From positions 16,624 to 80,623 of the forward strand of contig JABZHN010000002.1 in assembly GCA_015258835.1 (NCBI GenBank): a stretch of DNA of 64,000 nt. The letters are read 5' to 3'. A program made the translations under genes and the position numbers. This document shows positions 60,981 to 64,000 of this stretch, one piece after another. Numbering within the stretch: the stretch's first letter is position 1; each line of letters opens with the position of its first letter. Source of the stretch: Atopobium sp. (GTDB lineage Bacteria > Actinomycetota > Coriobacteriia > Coriobacteriales > Atopobiaceae). Below the pieces are notes generated by a model that was given only the letters and a program-made list of their open reading frames with translations, did not search any database and had not been told where the DNA came from.

Positions 60981-61970
60981 ATGAAGCGCACCGCCCTTGT
61001 CATAGTCACCTTTAAACGCCAGGAACTGCTTTCCAACCTGCTCAATTCCATTACGCAGCTCACGCAGGCTCCATGGCGCATCATTGTTGTGGACAACGAG
61101 AACTCCTCTGAGACAGCCTCGCTTGTGTCGGAGTTTTCGGAGAAGGTCAAAACCACGTGGGGAGAAACCACTGATGATCCCGACGCTCACGGTGGCACTA
61201 ATCGCGTGTGTTACGTCCCTATGGAGCAAAATACCGGTGGTTCCGGCGGCTTCTCTGAGGGTGTGCGCGTAGGTTATGAGCTGGGTGCCGAGTGGTTCTG
61301 GGTTATGGACGATGACGTAGCTGTGCTGCCTGATGGTCTTGATAAGCTTGACGCATGGTCAGATAAGGCTGAGGTTATCCAAGGTCAGCGCTACGACTTT
61401 GATGGTGGTCCTTTCTTCTGGCAGTATCGCTTTAGCACCGCCCTGGGCATCTACAATCCGCTGGCAAAGGCTGGCTTTGACGGTGTACCTTATCGCGAGT
61501 GCAATGTGATGTGCTTTGAGGGCGCCTGCTTTAAGCGTTCTGTAGTGCAGAAGATTGGTTTACCTGACGCACGTTTCTTTATCTACTGGGATGACGCTCT
61601 GTATGGCTATTTGGCCAGTAAGGTAACGCAGCCTATTTTGATTCCAGACTTTGTTCTTTCAAGATGTCGAGAAGTTCCTGGTCAGAGTATTGGTTCTGTG
61701 CGTCAGCTTAATTCAACCTCTGATATGACACGCTATTACATCACACGTAACCGCGGCTATATTGCCCGTTACTTCCAGGTTCATGGTGATTACAACCCTG
61801 TGCTCTTTGGTGTTGGTACCGCGCTGACCTTTGCAAAAGAGATTATTCGACTCATTTTGGTAGATAGAGCGCACTTCTCGTCTGGCCTTTCTCGCCTTAT
61901 AAAGGGCTGGAAGGATGCACGTCTTATCTATAAAGACGCAACCTGGCGCCCACAGCCTCCACTAGACTAG
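60981..61970 (+). CDS. Family-2 glycosyltransferase, rhamnosyl/galactofuranosyl-transferase-like (WbbL/GlfT-type)
   Basis: …ALVIVTFKRQELLSNLLNSI…IIVVDNENS…WFWVMDDDV…. Divergently transcribed from the upstream GT2 gene. Confidence 0.7.
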   Translation: MKRTALVIVTFKRQELLSNLLNSITQLTQAPWRIIVVDNENSSETASLVSEFSEKVKTTWGETTDDPDAHGGTNRVCYVPMEQNTGGSGGFSEGVRVGYELGAEWFWVMDDDVAVLPDGLDKLDAWSDKAEVIQGQRYDFDGGPFFWQYRFSTALGIYNPLAKAGFDGVPYRECNVMCFEGACFKRSVVQKIGLPDARFFIYWDDALYGYLASKVTQPILIPDFVLSRCREVPGQSIGSVRQLNSTSDMTRYYITRNRGYIARYFQVHGDYNPVLFGVGTALTFAKEIIRLILVDRAHFSSGLSRLIKGWKDARLIYKDATWRPQPPLD

Positions 61971-62213
61971 CCACCAAAGCCGGCATTTTGTGTCGGCTTT
62001 TTTAGTCCCCAAATGCTCAACACAAGTGAGCGCTGAGGGACGAATTGTGGCGCATTTGTGAAAGGCGACGAATGCCTACTTACAAAAAATCGAATTATTT
62101 TTTGACCATTAATAAATTTTGTAATTAGCGAAGTTTCTAGCTAATTTTCTACCTGCAGAGATATTGGTTGCCGCAACGTGTCAATACATAATTTTGTATT
62201 CGTGTGGAAATTT

Positions 62214-62259
62214 CACAATATATTGTTATAGTTCTCGAACCCAAACACTATAAGTTGTG
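62214..62259 (+). promoter_or_regulatory. Tandem NrdR boxes upstream of nrdD
   Basis: CACAATATATTGT (perfect palindrome) and ACACTATAAGTTGTG are centred 32 bp apart. This matches the NrdR-box consensus acaCwAtATaTwGtgt and the usual three-helical-turn spacing. Confidence 0.6.
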
Positions 62260-62393
62260 GCATAGTAGTTTCCATCACACAAGCGGGTTCCCAACTACTT
62301 CGCTTAGGCAAAAGCTTAGGAACCGCAGTGATAATCCAATTAAACACGCATGAAAGCGTTGCTTTCACCAACGTTTGTTCAAGGAGTTTGCAC

Positions 62394-64000
62394 ATGAAGA
62401 TTATCAAGCGCAATGGCTCAGAGGTCACCTTCGAGGTTGAGAAGATTGTTAACGCAATCGCTAAGGCTAACGCAGAGGTCCCTGAGGATCAGCGCCTGAC
62501 TGAGCGTGAGATTCAGTTTGCTTCCCTCAACGTTACCGATGAGTGTGAGAAGGCTGGACACACCGTCACCGTCGAGGAGGTCCAGGACCTTGTCGAGGAT
62601 CAGCTCATGGCTCTTGACCGCTTTGAGGTTGCTCGTAAGTACATCATTTACCGCTACATCCAGAACCAGAAGCGTCACAAGAACACCACCGATGACAAGA
62701 TTCTGTCTCTGATTGAGTGCAACAACGAGGAAGTCAAGCAGGAGAACTCCAACAAGAATCCTACTGTTGTTTCTGTTCAGCGTGACTACATGGCTGGTGA
62801 GGTTTCTAAGGACCTCGTTCAGCGTGAGCTTCTTCCAGAGGATATTGTTGCTGCTCACAACGAGGGTCTCATTCACTTCCACGATTCCGATTACTTTGCA
62901 CAGCACATGCACAACTGTGACCTCATCAACCTTGATGACATGCTGCAGAACGGCACTGTTATCTCCGGTACTCTGATTGAGCGTCCACACAGCTTCTCCA
63001 CTGCATGCAACATTGCAACTCAGATCATTGCTCAGGTAGCATCTTGCCAGTACGGTGGTCAGTCCATCTCCCTGGCTCACCTTGCTCCTTTTGTTGATGT
63101 TTCTCGTAAGAAGATTCGCAAGACCGTTATGGAGGAGATGAACTCCGTCGGTGTTGAGCTCTCTGCTGAGCAGCTCAACGAGATGGTTGAGAAGCGCCTT
63201 CGCGATGAGGTTTCTCGTGGCGTTCAGACCATTCAGTACCAGGTTGTCACTTTGATGACCACCAACGGTCAGGCTCCTTTCATTACTGTCTTCATGTATC
63301 TCAACGAGGCAAAGAATGAGCAGGAGAAGCAGGATCTTGCACTCATCATCGAGGAGATGCTCCGTCAGCGTTACCAGGGCGTAAAGAACGAGGAGGGTGT
63401 CTGGATTACTCCTGCATTCCCTAAGCTCATCTACGTTCTTGAAGAGGATAACGTTTACGAGGATTCCAAGTACTACTACCTCACTCAGATGGCTGCAAAG
63501 TGCACCGCTCGCCGCCTTGTTCCTGACTACATCTCTGAGAAGAAGATGAAGGAGTACAAGCTTTCTAAGGGCGAGAAGGAAGGCGAGGGCGATACCTTCA
63601 CCTGCATGGGTTGCCGTTCCTTCCTGACTCCAGACCGTTCTGGTAATGGCTTCAACAACGTTGCTCGCGCTAAGAACTATGAGCCAAACAAGCCTAAGTA
63701 CTATGGCCGCTTCAACCAGGGTGTTGTAACTATCAACCTTCCTGACGTTGCTCTTTCTGCTGGTCGTGATATGGACAAGTTCTGGAAGATCTTTGATGAA
63801 CGTCTTGAGCTTTGCCATCGTGCACTTCGTGCTCGTCACGATCGCCTGAAGGGTACTCTGTCTGATGCTGCTCCTATCCTTTGGCAGTACGGCGCACTTG
63901 CTCGTCTGGACAAGGGTGAGGTTATCGATCCTTTGCTTTACGGCGGATATTCCACTATCTCCCTTGGTTATGCAGGCCTATACGAGTGCGTTAAGGCTAT
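62394..64000 (+). CDS. nrdD: Anaerobic ribonucleoside-triphosphate reductase (class III RNR), partial; continues beyond the window
   Basis: RBS AAGGAG then ATG. N-terminal ATP-cone (MKIIKRNGSEVTFEVEKIVNAI…), then …AAHNEGLIHFHDSDYF…. The long antisense ORF 62418..63839 is spurious. Confidence 0.8.
   Translation, partial: MKIIKRNGSEVTFEVEKIVNAIAKANAEVPEDQRLTEREIQFASLNVTDECEKAGHTVTVEEVQDLVEDQLMALDRFEVARKYIIYRYIQNQKRHKNTTDDKILSLIECNNEEVKQENSNKNPTVVSVQRDYMAGEVSKDLVQRELLPEDIVAAHNEGLIHFHDSDYFAQHMHNCDLINLDDMLQNGTVISGTLIERPHSFSTACNIATQIIAQVASCQYGGQSISLAHLAPFVDVSRKKIRKTVMEEMNSVGVELSAEQLNEMVEKRLRDEVSRGVQTIQYQVVTLMTTNGQAPFITVFMYLNEAKNEQEKQDLALIIEEMLRQRYQGVKNEEGVWITPAFPKLIYVLEEDNVYEDSKYYYLTQMAAKCTARRLVPDYISEKKMKEYKLSKGEKEGEGDTFTCMGCRSFLTPDRSGNGFNNVARAKNYEPNKPKYYGRFNQGVVTINLPDVALSAGRDMDKFWKIFDERLELCHRALRARHDRLKGTLSDAAPILWQYGALARLDKGEVIDPLLYGGYSTISLGYAGLYECVKA

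Overview
The window is a conserved 'core' chromosomal region of a Gram-positive-type bacterium. Coding GC is about 52-57%, and proteins carry actinobacterial-style low-complexity tails. The taxon is not certain, but gene order follows the Firmicutes/Coriobacteriia backbone: lysS, clpC, disA, ispD-ispF, cysS, rlmB, yacP, a tRNA cluster with tuf, rpmG, tRNA-Trp, secE, nusG, rplKAJL, rpoBC, rpsL-rpsG-fusA, then the complete S10/spc/alpha ribosomal-protein operons through rplQ, followed by ecfA(fused)-ecfT-truA.

Flanking this backbone are a malolactic-type operon (mleS-mleP, minus strand, left edge), tatA, greA, a cell-wall glycosyltransferase locus, and the 5' part of nrdD (right edge). No CRISPR array, rRNA gene, integrase or recognisable defence system is present.

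Two kinds of non-backbone content stand out. The first is a set of single-gene insertions at otherwise conserved junctions. These are an AT-rich ABC exporter between ispF and cysS, an ArsR/SmtB zinc-sensor-type regulator between rpoC and rpsL, and a low-molecular-weight tyrosine phosphatase between rpsJ and rplC.

The second, and the most likely novel content, is a rich and apparently genome-specific family of modular intergenic repeats. It comprises a 118-bp MITE/REP-like core in three copies and a second short module in two copies. It also includes a 14-bp signature TGGCGAGAAACCCG found at least eight times perfectly in both orientations, in one place forming perfect terminal inverted repeats around a core copy. 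A 6.5-unit tandem array is built on that motif, and three near-identical terminator hairpins complete the set.

Other notable points are an RpoC C-terminal extension with an alpha-CTD-like helix-hairpin-helix domain, and a 15-nt tandem repeat carrying four in-frame TAA stops that links rlmB and yacP in one frame. Tandem NrdR boxes lie upstream of nrdD.
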